DNA from: Phoronis australis
Lineage: Eukaryota; Animalia; Phoronida
NCBI GenBank assembly: GCA_002633005.1
Contig: NMRA01000190.1
Location: forward strand, 1 to 64,000
DNA length: 64,000 nt
Direction of reading: 5' to 3'
The translations under genes were made by a program, and so were the position numbers. The stretch's first letter is position 1. The number at the start of each line of letters is the position of its first letter. Below, piece by piece: positions 49,601 to 61,985 of the stretch. The notes below the pieces were generated by a model. It had not been told where the DNA came from, made no database searches, and saw only the letters and a program-made list of their open reading frames with translations.

Positions 49601-52600
49601 CTCAGCAGAAAGATTACGAGATCAAGGTTCTTGTTTTGCCAAAAATATGCAAAATGAGACGATGTAATCATTTGCTATGCAATCACTTCATACAAGCCAC
49701 CAAAGACACTGAATGACACAAGAGCTACTACAGTCACTGAAGGCGTGACAAAAATCCTTAGTAAAGTAGGTCACAGGTTGCCACCACTTAAAATTGCCCA
49801 GCATCCGCGTTTTCAACAAAAAACAGCATAGCAAGTCAGAGCAAAAATAACAAGATTCCAGCAGAACAGAAACTTGACATGAATTCCTTTAGGTCTCCAG
49901 AGTACCAATGAAAGTCTTTTATATAAATATTTTGCTTTGGGATTTTTTTACAAACATGGGTTCATTAAATTACAATTGTGTATTATTTACATTGCATGAT
50001 GTGGTACAACAGTCTAATTTTAACAAGATGAATTCTTCTAAAAATAACTAGATAACACTGTAAGGTATAACTTCTCAGCAAATAATTTTGAAAATCCAAT
50101 GCATCTAGTTTAAATCCGGAGCTACTTTAATCTGTACTTGATTTTATGGCTGCCTTTGTAATATTTAATCGTTTCAGGTTCTTAGGTGTGAGAGAAATTC
50201 TATCTCCTGCAAGTTTGGACAAAGTAAAAATGAGACCTAAGGTAATTTTTATTGGCTGAAAATTGTAATTTCATGGGTGTGACAGACGAACAGGACGGAT
50301 GCACAAATTTTATGTACGTCCGTCGCGATATCTGACTCAACGAATAATCCCTGTGATCTAAAAGTTTGGTCAACAGTATTGAGAAACAAGCTAAAAGAAA
50401 ATCTGAATTTGTTTTAATTTTTATTGAAAATTTTTGACGTGATCAAACTTTTTAGCATTTTTTTGTAATGGACGTACGGTACCATGATATCCAGGAGTTG
50501 GCTTCTGACACCAAGAGTTCGACGATGCGCTACTGGTCAAATGATATTTTTTAGAAAGTTTAGGCTCCGTGTGATTGTACAAACTTGATAATATAGCAAA
50601 ATACCCGTAATTAGCTTATTTATGACAATAATTAGCAAGACGCATAAAAATCAGGGTAATTTTTTAGGACCAAATGACCACCAAAAAATGGTCCGTTAAG
50701 GAAAAAATCAAAAGCTAAAGGAAATTCGAATACGACCCCTGAAACTAGAGAGACTGGGCTTTTAGATGACACCAGAAATGTTGATCTAGTCACAATTTTA
50801 ATTTTTTGTCTCTAGGTTGACCTTTTCACGGAATTGCCCTTAGACAAATAAATTTTTATAAAAAAGCAGACTAGACAGTTGACATCTGTAACGAGTAATA
50901 TGCTGTAAACATCCTCTTTAAACAAGATAAAGATCTGTCTGAAAAAAATCTTTTGAATATATCCAATGTCATCTGGTGAGTCCAACTGGTTTATCCACAT
51001 TCCATTCTCAGTAGTGGACTGGTCATCAAAGGAGTGGCTATTCACTCGGTAAGAAGTGAGGGTAATTAGTGTTTCTTATCAGATCATATCTAAATAGATT
51101 TGAAAGCATTAACTTTCTTTTTGAGACATGAAAACCGATGGAAACCATAAAATCTGACTTAAGGAGTAAAAATTGAACTATGGAGGTTTTTTACTTTTCA
51201 AAATTGGTACAGTAATAGCTTATCATATAATTATACTGCATCACTAACTCACAACACAAGCTGGCCTGAAAGCATGTGGATAAAACTGGTAGTTATAATG
51301 GGAGTCTGCTTAAAGGGCACATTCAAGACATGACATTCATCATTTTACCCATATTAATCTGATAAGATTTGATTTAACAATTTCAGTATGTGAACTCACA
51401 AGCAAGGATGTGCCCTCACACAATGGGCACATGAAAACTCCTGTGCCGGGTTGCATGAGACAGTCCCCAGATAGGGACTCAGTTATGTTCCTTAATTTTT
51501 CACCACATTTGTGCACTTATGGAAACACTGGTCGTGCTTTCTTATCTTGTTTTGTTTTGATTGCTAAGGCAATTTTTGCCTCGGTACAGACCGGGAATAA
51601 AGTATCAATATTATTGAAAATAAATAGGCTGTGTTTTCATGCAATGCCTTACTTTAAGGACTTAGTCATTGAAATAAGGCTTAGTTTTTAGAATGTTATT
51701 AGAAAAGTCGTTAATCAAACAATATAAATATAATGATCGAAAAATATATCATTAGTGAGTAAACAAAGACACAAATATGCAGATGATTTAGTCGAGTCCC
51801 TAATTCCTGCAGCCGGGCACTAATGTTCATTTTATCAAAGGTTGCAAGTACCAAAGCAATGCTATGTTTTCGACCAGAATGAAACCTTACAAATGCTGAT
51901 AATATTTAATATTTAGACTTAACATTGAGAATGCCAACTAAGTTGCTGCATGTCGAATGATTCAGCCCGGCTTTCTAGTTAGCATGCGTGACCAGACAAC
52001 CAACGACCATGGTCTAAATGACAGTCTACCTCCATTGCAAACAGTCTCTTCTCTTTGGCCAGACTGAATATCTCTTTAGCTTGTTTTGAATTAACTGCAA
52101 CAGGCTTTTCTATCAGGATGTGCTTTCCAGCATTGAGAAATAGTAGACTGAGTTTATGGTGCTCGGTGTCGACGCTTCCAATATAGACAACATCTGTGAG
52201 AAAAATGATTAGCATTACCACAGTCGAGGCCACAAAACAATCTAAACGGAAACTATCATCAGCGTTAACTATGAATGTTTTTCTAAATTGATCCCGGCAC
52301 ATAATTCAACCTTGCCTTTGAAAAGAATAAATATCAGGTAGACCCTTGACATGAGCTAGTTCAGGTATCAAGACTTCACACCTTTGCTTTATAAATAGCA
52401 AACAATTTATCACCCCACCTGGTGGATGTACTTGCTTCTAATGATGTAGTGCGATGTGAAGAAAACATCAACTCCTGAGATAGCGAGGCGTCCTGCCTGG
52501 ATACATTCATAGACTACGCAATAAATTTGAACTGTATTCTGAATTTAACAAGAAGTCAAAGAAGTTGAAAATTGACAATTGAAATTGTCTATTTTCAACC

Positions 52601-54433
52601 CACTTAAGTGTCAGCTCCTTAGATAGACAGGAACATTGCCATAAACTTTTCAAAATGTTTGTTACATTTCTGCATCCTTGATAATAAAAGAAAAAATCTT
52701 AATTGGTATCTTAAAATGTCACACAATAGTTTGTAATCACATGATCACCATTTTTGAGTGAATTATCATTTTCGCCTTGAACATGAGCCTCCAAAAAACT
52801 TTATCTTTGGGCAACTTTGTATTATCAAAGCGACAATAAAGTTGTGCTTTCTGTAAAAAAATAATTTCGGATTTAGACCACTTACCACTATAATTTGGTC
52901 TTGTCTTGTTCCTCATTCAGTGCGCAAGTAGTTTCTAGACTGACATAAAATTTCGGGACACAGCATGGCCCGAAATGCAATGAACTTACTAGTCTCAAGA
53001 AATAATAAACTGTCAGTTCTTCGAGGAACATTTTCAGACCAATTTCATTATGGCAAGTGGTCTAAATCAAAGTTTGGTTTTTGTGATGAAAGGTGGGTTT
53101 ATAGCCACTTTAAATTGTACTTCACAACTGGTTTGCTGTTGCATCAATTTAGCCAGGACAATTTATCTCACCAACATTTGGATCACTGGCCAATTCCTGG
53201 TACGATCCATATGCTTTATCAATGGAAAATCTTTGGGCAAACTGTTGAGCTGACTCTAGGCTTCTCGCACCTATAGCAACAACCTGCAATATATTGGTAA
53301 CACATAAAGTTGATATTAGAGATGCATATCGCCCTATTTATAGCTGGCTAAAACCAGAAATCGAATAAGAACTTTTACTGGCTCTCATAAAATCAGTCTC
53401 ATAATATTCCTTACCCTGATAGGATTCTACTTCCGTTACCAGCAAGAACATCGCAAGCACTAGCGACTCAAGAAAATGGCTTGAAGTTTATTGAGCTTGG
53501 CCTACCCTAAAATTGGGAATTCGAAAAATGTACATGCACACATTGCCTGCAATATGATTTGCTAGCTCAGTTGGCAACAATTCAAGACTGGGTGAGTGTG
53601 GTAATAATGTTTTCAAAACCCGGCCCAAAAACGGGGAAAAATGCAGCACAGAGTAATGGCCATTACTCCAAAGAAAAGAAAAGAAAAAAGAATAAAGCAA
53701 CCACAAATAATACCTATGAGCTTGTTTCCGACCACAGTAAAACAAGTGTTAACTTGTCTTATTTCACGGCTCAAATCAAAACATTCTAGGCACCTGCCAT
53801 GACAATTTTGGTTGCCTGGGGGGTTCGTGGACAGTAATTCTCAAAACAGTTGACAAATTTCTTCAAGCCCACAATGGGAAAATTTTGATAGCAAAAATTC
53901 TGAATAGTGTTGTTAATTATGGCTTCTTTTCTTCCTCAAGGACTTCAAGAAGAAGTATGAACTCAGAAAACAGAACATGCTGTTTACGATAGTATTCCAT
54001 CAAAAGTAATCCTAAAAGAGAAAGCAAGTGTTCTGATGTTTCCTTTAGTAAAATATCTATGTTGGATACTTTGGCAGACATATTTCCCCGTTAATTACCT
54101 AGGTCTATATTAATTCCACTTAATTACAGTGTTCCCGGGGAATTAAAGAGAGTGGCAAAAATGTCTCACGAGTGAGACCAGGAGGAGACGTACACAACCC
54201 CATCAACTTCAGCCGAAGTCTTGTGAACTTCTTTGAGAAACTGCTCACAGGCACATGACATAAGCAGGCACAGATGCAAGGACAGGTTACCTCGGAATGA
54301 ATAGTTTTGCAGCTTTTACCATGTTAGAACTTGGTTATCCTACCTGATGTTCACTCGGTGGTAAAGTTTTCACGGCAGAGACGAAGTCGTTGCACACGTG
54401 ACCAGCGCTACAAATTCCCCATCGTGTAGCCAT
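43538..54433 (-). CDS. DHDH: DHDH: trans-1,2-dihydrobenzene-1,2-diol dehydrogenase / D-xylose 1-dehydrogenase (NADP+), 7 coding exons, 333 aa
   Basis: join(54344-54433, 53172-53283, 52030-52193, 47992-48247, 47067-47191, 45093-45243, 43538-43641) = 1002 nt, in frame, all introns GT..AG. Gfo/Idh/MocA motifs [27 protein letters not shown] and [10 protein letters not shown]. Confidence 0.95.
45093..45243 (-). CDS. DHDH: DHDH exon 6 ([30 protein letters not shown])
   Basis: TACAG| acceptor, |GTCAG donor, 151 nt. Confidence 0.92.
47067..47191 (-). CDS. DHDH: DHDH exon 5 ([29 protein letters not shown])
   Basis: AACAG| acceptor, |GTAGG donor, 125 nt. Confidence 0.92.
47220..47512. mobile_element. 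Mariner-type MITE in DHDH intron 4
   Basis: TA|CAGTAAAAATTCTACAATTTGGGA ... TCCCAAATTATAGAATTTTTATAG inverted ends, with internal AATTTGGGA/GAATTT repeats. Confidence 0.65.
47992..48247 (-). CDS. DHDH: DHDH exon 4 ([27 protein letters not shown])
   Basis: TTCAG| acceptor, |GTATC donor, 256 nt. Confidence 0.95.
52030..52193 (-). CDS. DHDH: DHDH exon 3 ([23 protein letters not shown])
   Basis: CACAG| acceptor, |GTAGA donor, 164 nt. Confidence 0.95.
52870..53068. mobile_element. Small inverted-repeat element in DHDH intron 2
   Basis: GATTTAGACCACTTACCA...TGGCAAGTGGTCTAAATC inverted ends. Confidence 0.6.
53172..53283 (-). CDS. DHDH: DHDH exon 2 ([37 protein letters not shown])
   Basis: TGCAG| acceptor, |GTGAG donor, 112 nt. 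Confidence 0.93.
54344..54433 (-). CDS. DHDH: DHDH exon 1 ([30 protein letters not shown])
   Basis: ATG at 54433, donor CAG|GTAGG, 90 nt. Confidence 0.93.
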
Positions 54434-55789
54434 AATTCCGAAGGTGCTTTTTACCAACCAAACAGTTCGCCGTGGACGTCACCGGTCGCCCTGTGGCCCC
54501 TGTTATATCATTTGTTCATTACGTGTCTTATCGGCGATTCCACGGGAGCTTGAGCAGGGGCTCCCTGCTCTGTACAGTTCACCGTCTGTGCTGCCGCCTT
54601 TCGGCCAGCGTTACTCCTTCACCGTTAGTGCTGCAGTATTTAGTGACACCTATTGTGAACTACCGTATTAAAGCATTACTTAAAGGGTGATGCCACCCAA
54701 TTTAATTAGTTTTTGTTACCGTCTTAATCGGTCTATAATCCACATCACCTTGTATACAGTCGATCACACCACGCTGAAAGGTGTCGCGTTAACCTGTGAG
54801 GAAGGTGAGTAGCCAACACGAGGCCGCGTCAGTCTTCAGTGAGTCTGTGCCGCTTGCCGCCGAAGTTCCCGGTTAGTGTGCAAACCATGAAGCTGTGAGG
54901 AAAGCGGGTGTATCGTTTTTTCGATTTCCTCCAGAACCCGAAATGCTTAGGAAGTGGTTCCCGGCAGTAAAAAAACGAAAAGTATGTCGTAATGCCAAGT
55001 ATGAGGCCGTGAATCTGCATGTGGCCGGCAAAGCGGTTCTGTTTCAAAATAAATTATTTTCACCCTAACTAATGTTTATATAAAACTGAAACAAATTGTC
55101 AAAGTCTGTCTCCGCAGATACAATTTGTAATGCATTAGGAGTGTCCGTGAGTGCAAATGGTTTGAGAAATCAACAATGAAGAAATCATACTGCGTCACCC
55201 GACCAGCTTCAGATGCAATTACTGAAACTAATTGACCACCGTGCGTTTGCGCGCTTGCCAATTCAGTGTTTTCTGACAGAAAGCTGTTGTGAAACTATTC
55301 CATTTGCTATGGTCAGTTGTCAGAGGAATCTTTATTTAGATATATATACATTATTAAACTCATTGTTACTGTACATTTTTCCCGGTATGATTCTGTGGAA
55401 GAGGAACTTGGGTTCGAGGCCCCCGATGAGTGAGTATATTTGCAATTTCGCGGCGAATTCACCAAAATATTCAAGCGCGCATTATTTCTTTGGTTGACTA
55501 GTCTAGTCTTTTCGTGACTCGAAGTTTAATTTTCAACTTTTGCAGCCGACTAACCCGGCTGGTTTGAGTTCGTATTGTCACCAGTCCATGCGCGACGGGC
55601 TGGCTGATCGTATTCTGAGCCACTGGGTTATAACGAGCGTTTTGTGTTTAGAACAGTTCGCAAGTCTAAAATCACAACACACGGCTATGCTCTCCTCAGT
55701 GTGTATTTCATGGAAGAATAATTCTAATTTATCACCGAACTATACATATTCCTTATTTATCTCATTGGTCGGTCAAGATTAGCTTGTAA

Positions 55790-57219
55790 TTGTCAAAAAT
55801 CATCTATGAATCTGTCCATTTTCGTAGATACATAAACAAGTAAATCAGAAACCAACGAATTTGTTTATCAAAACAGAATGTTTTCCGCATATATGCTCGC
55901 AGACTTTTGACGGGTAACCGGGGGAATTCATATTAATGTGTATTTTTGCTTATTTCAGAGGTACCTATAACGGTTTTACAGTGTGAACTTGGACTCCGCT
56001 GACAAAAAAACGGTGAAATCTTTGTTTATGATTGCGAGAGTTCTTTGAGTACCCCTTTCGACATGTACACGATCATCACAAATAGTAGCCTAGACAGCAG
56101 CGTTTTCCTCATGTGGGTATTCCTTACAAACAACTCATAGCAACTATCTTCAAAAGAGGTACTATTCTTCTGATACTACGGGAAACAGTAACATTATTTT
56201 ATAACTAACCATCGGAAATGGTCCTTTTGTGTAATTCACAAGTAGTGGTCTTCACGTTTTATTTAAAATTCCACCCTTTCGATGGCGGCAATCCTAATGT
56301 ATTTTTTCACATTTTGGTTGTTTGGGTCGAATGGCTGTGCTGTGATGAATTTGGAATCTTAGCTTCCCTCGTGAATACTTGGCAGTGTAGGATTTACATA
56401 TATAGAGGGACAAAGGGACATTTTCCCCCGAACTGCTCCACCGAGAGAGGATACCGTCTGAAATGCGACACCTTAAGATGAAAGGCTAAACATCATTAAG
56501 CTTGGAAAAAAGAGTAGCAGTTCATTCCACCGTAGTGTGGTCCCAAACCGATGCAGAGAGTGACCTCCTTCAGCATGAAATCCGGTTGCACGATTTCACA
56601 AAAAACAGGAAAATAGGAGTAATCGATTCGGGGCCCTCTCTCCGTGAGCGGCCCCTTAAGAATGTGTCAATAAAAACACAAAAAGGTGGCCACTTGAATG
56701 TCATCTATATTTTCAAATATCAGGAAATGCACAGCAATTGATGTTGTCTGTCAGATCACCAATTTTTCTCATGTGATATAGTTTCGAGAAAAAAAATAAA
56801 GCGAAAGTTGTATCCGTTATCTCTTGCCAGAGAGGGGCCCTTGAAAAAAATTATTAGTTTTGCATTCACAAAACTGACGTATTGAATTTAAACATCCAGT
56901 AAATTAGTACGCTGCACAAAAGCTTCCCTTTATGACAAATGTTCTCGATTTTTCGAAATATATGTGCGCGTTTAGACGACCTCTGCTGCAAAAGCGGAGA
57001 CCCTAGCGACAATGTCCTGACCAGGGTCCTCAAAAGGTATTTACCAAGCACTGATGCAGAGTTGTCAATGTTCTCTTGAATATTCTCTCTTATCCGTATT
57101 TCGCAGTTTTTCTTTTTTCGACAGTCCCAGGCCCCACGCCTATGTCGATTTCCACGGTTTAACCCGGACGCCTGAAAATTTTGGGGGGCCCGCCGCCCCC
57201 CCCGCTTCCTACGGCCCTG
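55790..57219 (+). repeat. ~1.4-kb dispersed repeat, copy B, ending in a hAT-like terminus (..CCTACGGCCCTG)
   Basis: Same orientation as and colinear with 39895-41280. Confidence 0.85.
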
Positions 57220-57243
57220 CACCTTGAATTCTTTTCTACTACT

Positions 57244-58523
57244 CAGTGGCGGATTTAGGGGGGGGCAAGGGGGCCATGGCCCCCTTAAAATTGTCCCAGA
57301 TACCATTTGGCAGTTCCAGTGCGAATTGGTGACTAGCATATGCGCGCACGCAGGGNNNNNNNNNNNNNNNNNNNNNNNNNNNNNNNNNNNNNNNNNNNNN
57401 NNNNNNNNNNNNNNNNNNNNNNNNNNNNNNNNNNNNNNNNNNNNNNNNNNNNNNNNNNNNNNNNNNNNNNNNNNNNNNNNNNNNNNNNNNNNNNNNNNNN
57501 NNNNNNNNNNNNNNNNNNNNNNNNNNNNNNNNNNNNNNNNNNNNNNNNNNNNNNNNNNNNNNNNNNNNNNNNNNNNNNNNNNNNNNNNNNNNNNNNNNNN
57601 NNNNNNNNNNNNNNNNNNNNNNNNNNNNNNNNNNNNNNNNNNNNNNNNNNNNNNNNNNNNNNNNNNNNNNNNNNNNNNNNNNNNNNNNNNNNNNNNNNNN
57701 NNNNNNNNNNNNNNNNNNNNNNNNNNNNNNNNNNNNNNNNNNNNNNNNNNNNNNNNNNNNNNNNNNNNNNNNNNNNNNNNNNNNNNNNNNNNNNNNNNNN
57801 NNNNNNNNNNNNNNNNNNNNNNNNNNNNNNNNNNNNNNNNNNNNNNNNNNNNNNNNNNNNNNNNNNNNNNNNNNNNNNNNNNNNNNNNNNNNNNNNNNNN
57901 NNNNNNNNNNNNNNNNNNNNNNNNNNNNNNNNNNNNNNNNNNNNNNNNNNNNNNNNNNNNNNNNNNNNNNNNNNNNNNNNNNNNNNNNNNNNNNNNNNNN
58001 NNNNNNNNNNNNNNNNNNNNNNNNNNNNNNNNNNNNNNNNNNNNNNNNNNNNNNNNNNNNNNNNNNNNNNNNNNNNNNNNNNNNNNNNNNNNNNNNNNNN
58101 NNNNNNNNNNNNNNNNNNNNNNNNNNNNNNNNNNNNNNNNNNNNNNNNNNNNNNNNNNNNNNNNNNNNNNNNNNNNNNNNNNNNNNNNNNNNNNNNNNNN
58201 NNNNNNNCCCCCCCCCCCTTGGCTGCCGCAAAAAATAAAACAGCAAGAGCGTACTCACTAGGGAAATGTTGAGTTTATTAATTAACCTCGGTAATTAACA
58301 TTCCGTGTTTTTTTCTTGGATAATACTTCAGGAATCAAGGAAACTGCTGGATTTTTAGAGGAAAAACCAGAAAAATTTTCCTTGGCGGGAGGGGGGCAAA
58401 CCCCCTTACCCGACCTCCCCGCTCCATACGCCTTTGGTGCTATGCGCATCTGCAATTGTGCTTTGCTCAAATGTTTACAGACAAAATGTTGGTCCCCCTT
58501 GTGATATCCTAGATCCGCCACTG
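57244..58523. mobile_element. CAGTGGCGGAT...ATCCGCCACTG TIR element spanning an assembly gap
   Basis: 11-bp perfect TIRs. The right part is homologous to 27356-28340. The gap means the two ends could belong to different copies. Confidence 0.6.
57356..58207. other. Assembly gap (N run); smaller gaps at 27490-27498 and 29584-29624
   Basis: N characters; all three gaps are flanked by G/C homopolymers. Confidence 1.
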
Positions 58524-58539
58524 TAATTTCAAGGCAGAA

Positions 58540-59170
58540 ACGGTTTCCAGACACTGGGTATCACGGTTCGCGGAGTGCCTGACCGCCGGGCGCTCATCCC
58601 GCCGAGAAAACGGAGAGGCCTCGTCTGCTTTTTCTACTAGTCCGTCGTGATGGTCGGCATGGGTACTTCATATTCTCAATTTTCAGCGGATTCCCTCGTC
58701 GGAAAGAAAGTTGACTACCCCCAGACCAGTTTCTGGGCTCAATCGTGGCGCATTCACCGCTGTGTCTCAGTATCCCTCGCTGGCTCCGTCGGGCGTCGGC
58801 CATCAGCCAGACCATGACCATGGGTGCGGTCCGGCGGCGACTGCGGAAACCATGCAGTTCGGAAGTCGCACCACATCGTTTGTTCAGGTGAAACTGGGTG
58901 GCAGATTTGCCTGTGCAGCAGTGTGGTCTGGCGTCATCACAAACAGTAATATTCAAAAACGTTGACGAAATTTCCGTTCTTGCCAAAAATCGCCGACAAG
59001 TTCGCTGCCGCAACATGAGGCCTTGAAAAGTTTGCCGTCGCCGGTCTAAAGTGTCCAATGAATATCGCATTGATTGTCACGTGGCTTTCAGTGACCCCAT
59101 AAAAGTGACCTCGATTGCACCGCCATATTTGCGGAGCGAGTAGGTGTTTCTTCAGACGTTTGCTCGTGGT
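58540..59170 (+). promoter_or_regulatory. CpG-rich putative promoter/5'UTR region of the NHERF-like gene
   Basis: Visibly raised GC and CpG content directly upstream of the ATG; contains a CACGTG E-box (~59078) and a CGCCAT YY1-like motif (~59121). The TSS cannot be determined. Confidence 0.4.
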
Positions 59171-59552
59171 ATGGCAATAATGGATGAACTAAAAGAAGTC
59201 AGGTTATGTCACTTGGTTAAATGGTCAGATTTCAATGGTTATGGGTTTAACTTACATGCTGAAAAGGGCAAAACAGGACACTTTATCGGTAAAGTTGACG
59301 AAAATAGCCCGGCCGAGACGGCCAACATGAAACCTGGCGATCGAATCGTGGAAGTTGACGGCGTGAACATCGGCAATGAGAACCACAAACAAGTTGTGAA
59401 GCGCATCCAGGCCGGTGGGAACGAAACGCGGCTGTTAGTGTTAAGCCAGGATGAGGAGGACTATTTCAAAGAAAAGAAAGTAGTGGTTACGGGCGATTTA
59501 CCTAATGTAAAGCTGTACAAGACTCCACCAACCCGTCCCGACCCAGCCTCAG
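59171..59552 (+). CDS. NHERF1: NHERF/SLC9A3R (Na+/H+ exchanger regulatory factor/PDZK1-family) scaffold, first coding exon with PDZ domain; gene continues beyond the window
   Basis: RLCHLVKWSDFNGYGFNLHAEKGKTGHFIGKVDENSPAE..PGDRIVEVDGVNI..ENHKQVVKRIQAGGNETRLLV matches NHERF-type PDZ (GYGF loop). Canonical donor CAG|GTGAGT at 59552. The start could also be the ATG at 59180. The exact paralog (NHERF1/2/PDZK1-like) is unresolved. Confidence 0.88.
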
Positions 59553-60962
59553 GTGAGTCATTCTGTCGGAAAGGGTGACACCCACTTTTGAATGAGTTGG
59601 CCACTGTGGCACCTTCTTATTAGCTTATTCGTAAGTGAAGGATAGTTTCCAAAATATTGGTAATTTGTTGCCCATTCAACCAGCTGCTATTTATTTTTCA
59701 ACTTTTTCTTTCGTTTGTTTTGTCAATTTGATAAGGACAGATAAGGTTGGTAATCTTTCTCATTCTTACTGGGGTACCAGAATCTATAAACCAAACTTTG
59801 CAAATTATTGCGGCATTTAGTATGTCACACTTTGGCGTCTTTACTATTTCCAAGGCCTCATACTTGGAACAGCCATTTCCGGGGGTGTACTTAAAAATGC
59901 AGACACAGTACTTCCCTCCCACACAACTAACCTCTTCCTGAAAAGCATACAAACGTTATTACCATAATTACCGTAATATGTTGCCAATTAAATGTTTTCC
60001 TTACACTTTCCTATAAAAGGGGCTTGTGTGGTTAAATAAAACAGTTATTTGCCAACAAGTCTGCATGGATGTTGTGTCTAATGATAGAGACATGCTGTGA
60101 TGAAAAACAATGTTGATTATTTTAGTGTCATGATTTTCATGATGCCAAAACCGGAAGCAAGTCATTGACTACTGTTTCATAAAGCGGGTGTTTTGATCAC
60201 TTGTGAAAACTGGCGAGTATACTGTTGATGGAGGCGCTTAACAGAAAATGATAGACAGTGTATAGGGTGGCCAGCAAGGCTGAAGAAAAGCAGAAAAGGA
60301 TCATCTTACCACTGGATTGTTCAATGGCCCAAAGGCTTTGGAGTTCCATCTCATGAAAAAGGCATGTGGCTCATATCTCTATGGAGGCCGTATGAGGTTT
60401 AATTGGGGTGCAGTGGTTTAGAATGTGTGCATAATTAAAACTGCTTTCAAACTGGGCAAATGTTTATGGAAGAGTTAGTATTTTGTACTGTCCTTCCAGT
60501 CTGAATGCATTCAATGATCCGGTTTACTTTTAGTCAGGTCCAAAGTCCCGTAATTAGGTTTTGCTAAAACTACAAAACCGAAATAGAAGTGCAGTCTGAA
60601 AGAGAGCTGTTTAAAAACAGGGAGATGGCCAATACTGTTAGAGATATGACGATATTAATTGAAATAAAATTGTCACATGTATAACAAGCTCTAAAAACAA
60701 TTGTAAATTTCCTGATTGATGATCTTAATCAAAGTCGAAGCTACAGCAGTGTTCTCAACAGAGAATTTAAACTCTACTGGAATTAAAAATTCAAGTATCT
60801 GTTTGTTGGAAAGTCCATGTCCATATTGATGGTCTTATCAGCTAAGTCCATGTCAATATAACCAAACTGGTAAATCCACAGTTGTCATCGGTATGTTCAC
60901 AGATCCCATCCCAGTATCTCTATCAGTATAATACTACTGTTTTCATTCTAAATGTCAAAGTA

Positions 60963-61985
60963 CTGTATTCGCCCTAATAAGCACCTAGGGCGCTTAGTAA
61001 AATTTGTTTCAGGGAGGCGCTCTTATTGTAGCCTTTAAGGCAGTTGAAACCTAGTCTCTGAAACGGATGAAATCGGAAGCTATGACAGACTTTCCACAAA
61101 ATTGTGGTGCATTGCTATCAAACTTTGTTGCTAAATTACAATCCTTTTTCAGAAAATTGTGCAGAAATCCCAGGGCAAAAACTCCTTGACGGATGTGTCG
61201 CTGCCTCGTGATCGTTGATAGGGCAACTTAAATTCTTGAATAAAAATACAGTTTCAACTCAAAAAATTACCTGAAATCCTACTTAAGTTTTCCAAATAGC
61301 GTCCCTAAGGTTGTTCCGCAGATTACGTCCAAATCTGTGCTAGATCACACCCCGCAACACGAGAAAAATCTGGACGAACACACATGTTGTTGTCACGTGT
61401 CGTTTCTTTGGAAGTTAGTCTGTGTGTGTGTGCTGAGTGAGCGAGCGTGTGCGTGCCATCAAGAGTTCATTTGCCAGAGTACCAGGCCTACATGTATGTA
61501 GTGCGCTCTTCCTGGCCACACTGGTCAAGTTTTTTTATTTATTAGTCTTCGATTCTTGGTTTTGATGTAAAAGAAATCTGGATTTCTGTTGAGGGAGAAG
61601 ATCTGTATGGTTAAGAATACAATCCTGTTGACAAGTACGCTGTGTCTGTTCTGAAGGGACTGAGCATAGTGGGACGCGTTCGTCGCAAGATCAGCAAAAC
61701 TTCTGCGTTCTGTTTGAAGCACTGCGGAAGTTTGAAGTCTATAGTCACGGTTAAATACCGACATAGCGGTGAGGCTCGTGGTCTATAACTTCCACGCACA
61801 ATAATTTTTTCAGAACTGTTGGATATTATTGATAAATTGAAGACGTTACTGTGGAATTTTAGAAGTGTATGTATGGCATTTTTCGCATGTGTGCACGTTC
61901 AAGGGCTGGGCTCTTGTTTTAGCAAAGTCTGAAACCGCGTGGGGGCGCTTTGTAGGGGCATGGGTGCTTATTAGGGTGAATACGG
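60963..61985 (+). mobile_element. TA-flanked Tc1/mariner(pogo)-like non-autonomous element with HIRAN-like ORF remnant, in NHERF intron 1
   Basis: TA|CTGTATTCGCCCTAATAAGCACC ... GGTGCTTATTAGGGTGAATACGG|TA. Internal remnant KEIWISVEGEDL..NPVDKYAVSVLKGLSIVGRVRRKIS..GL*LP (~61550-61860). Confidence 0.8.

Noticed and set aside
57224-58272. Long 310-345 aa ORFs
   Set aside because: Artefacts of translating through the N gap.
58594-59070. 158-aa minus-strand ORF upstream of the NHERF-like gene
   Set aside because: Arg-rich, low-information translation of a GC-rich promoter region with no domain similarity.
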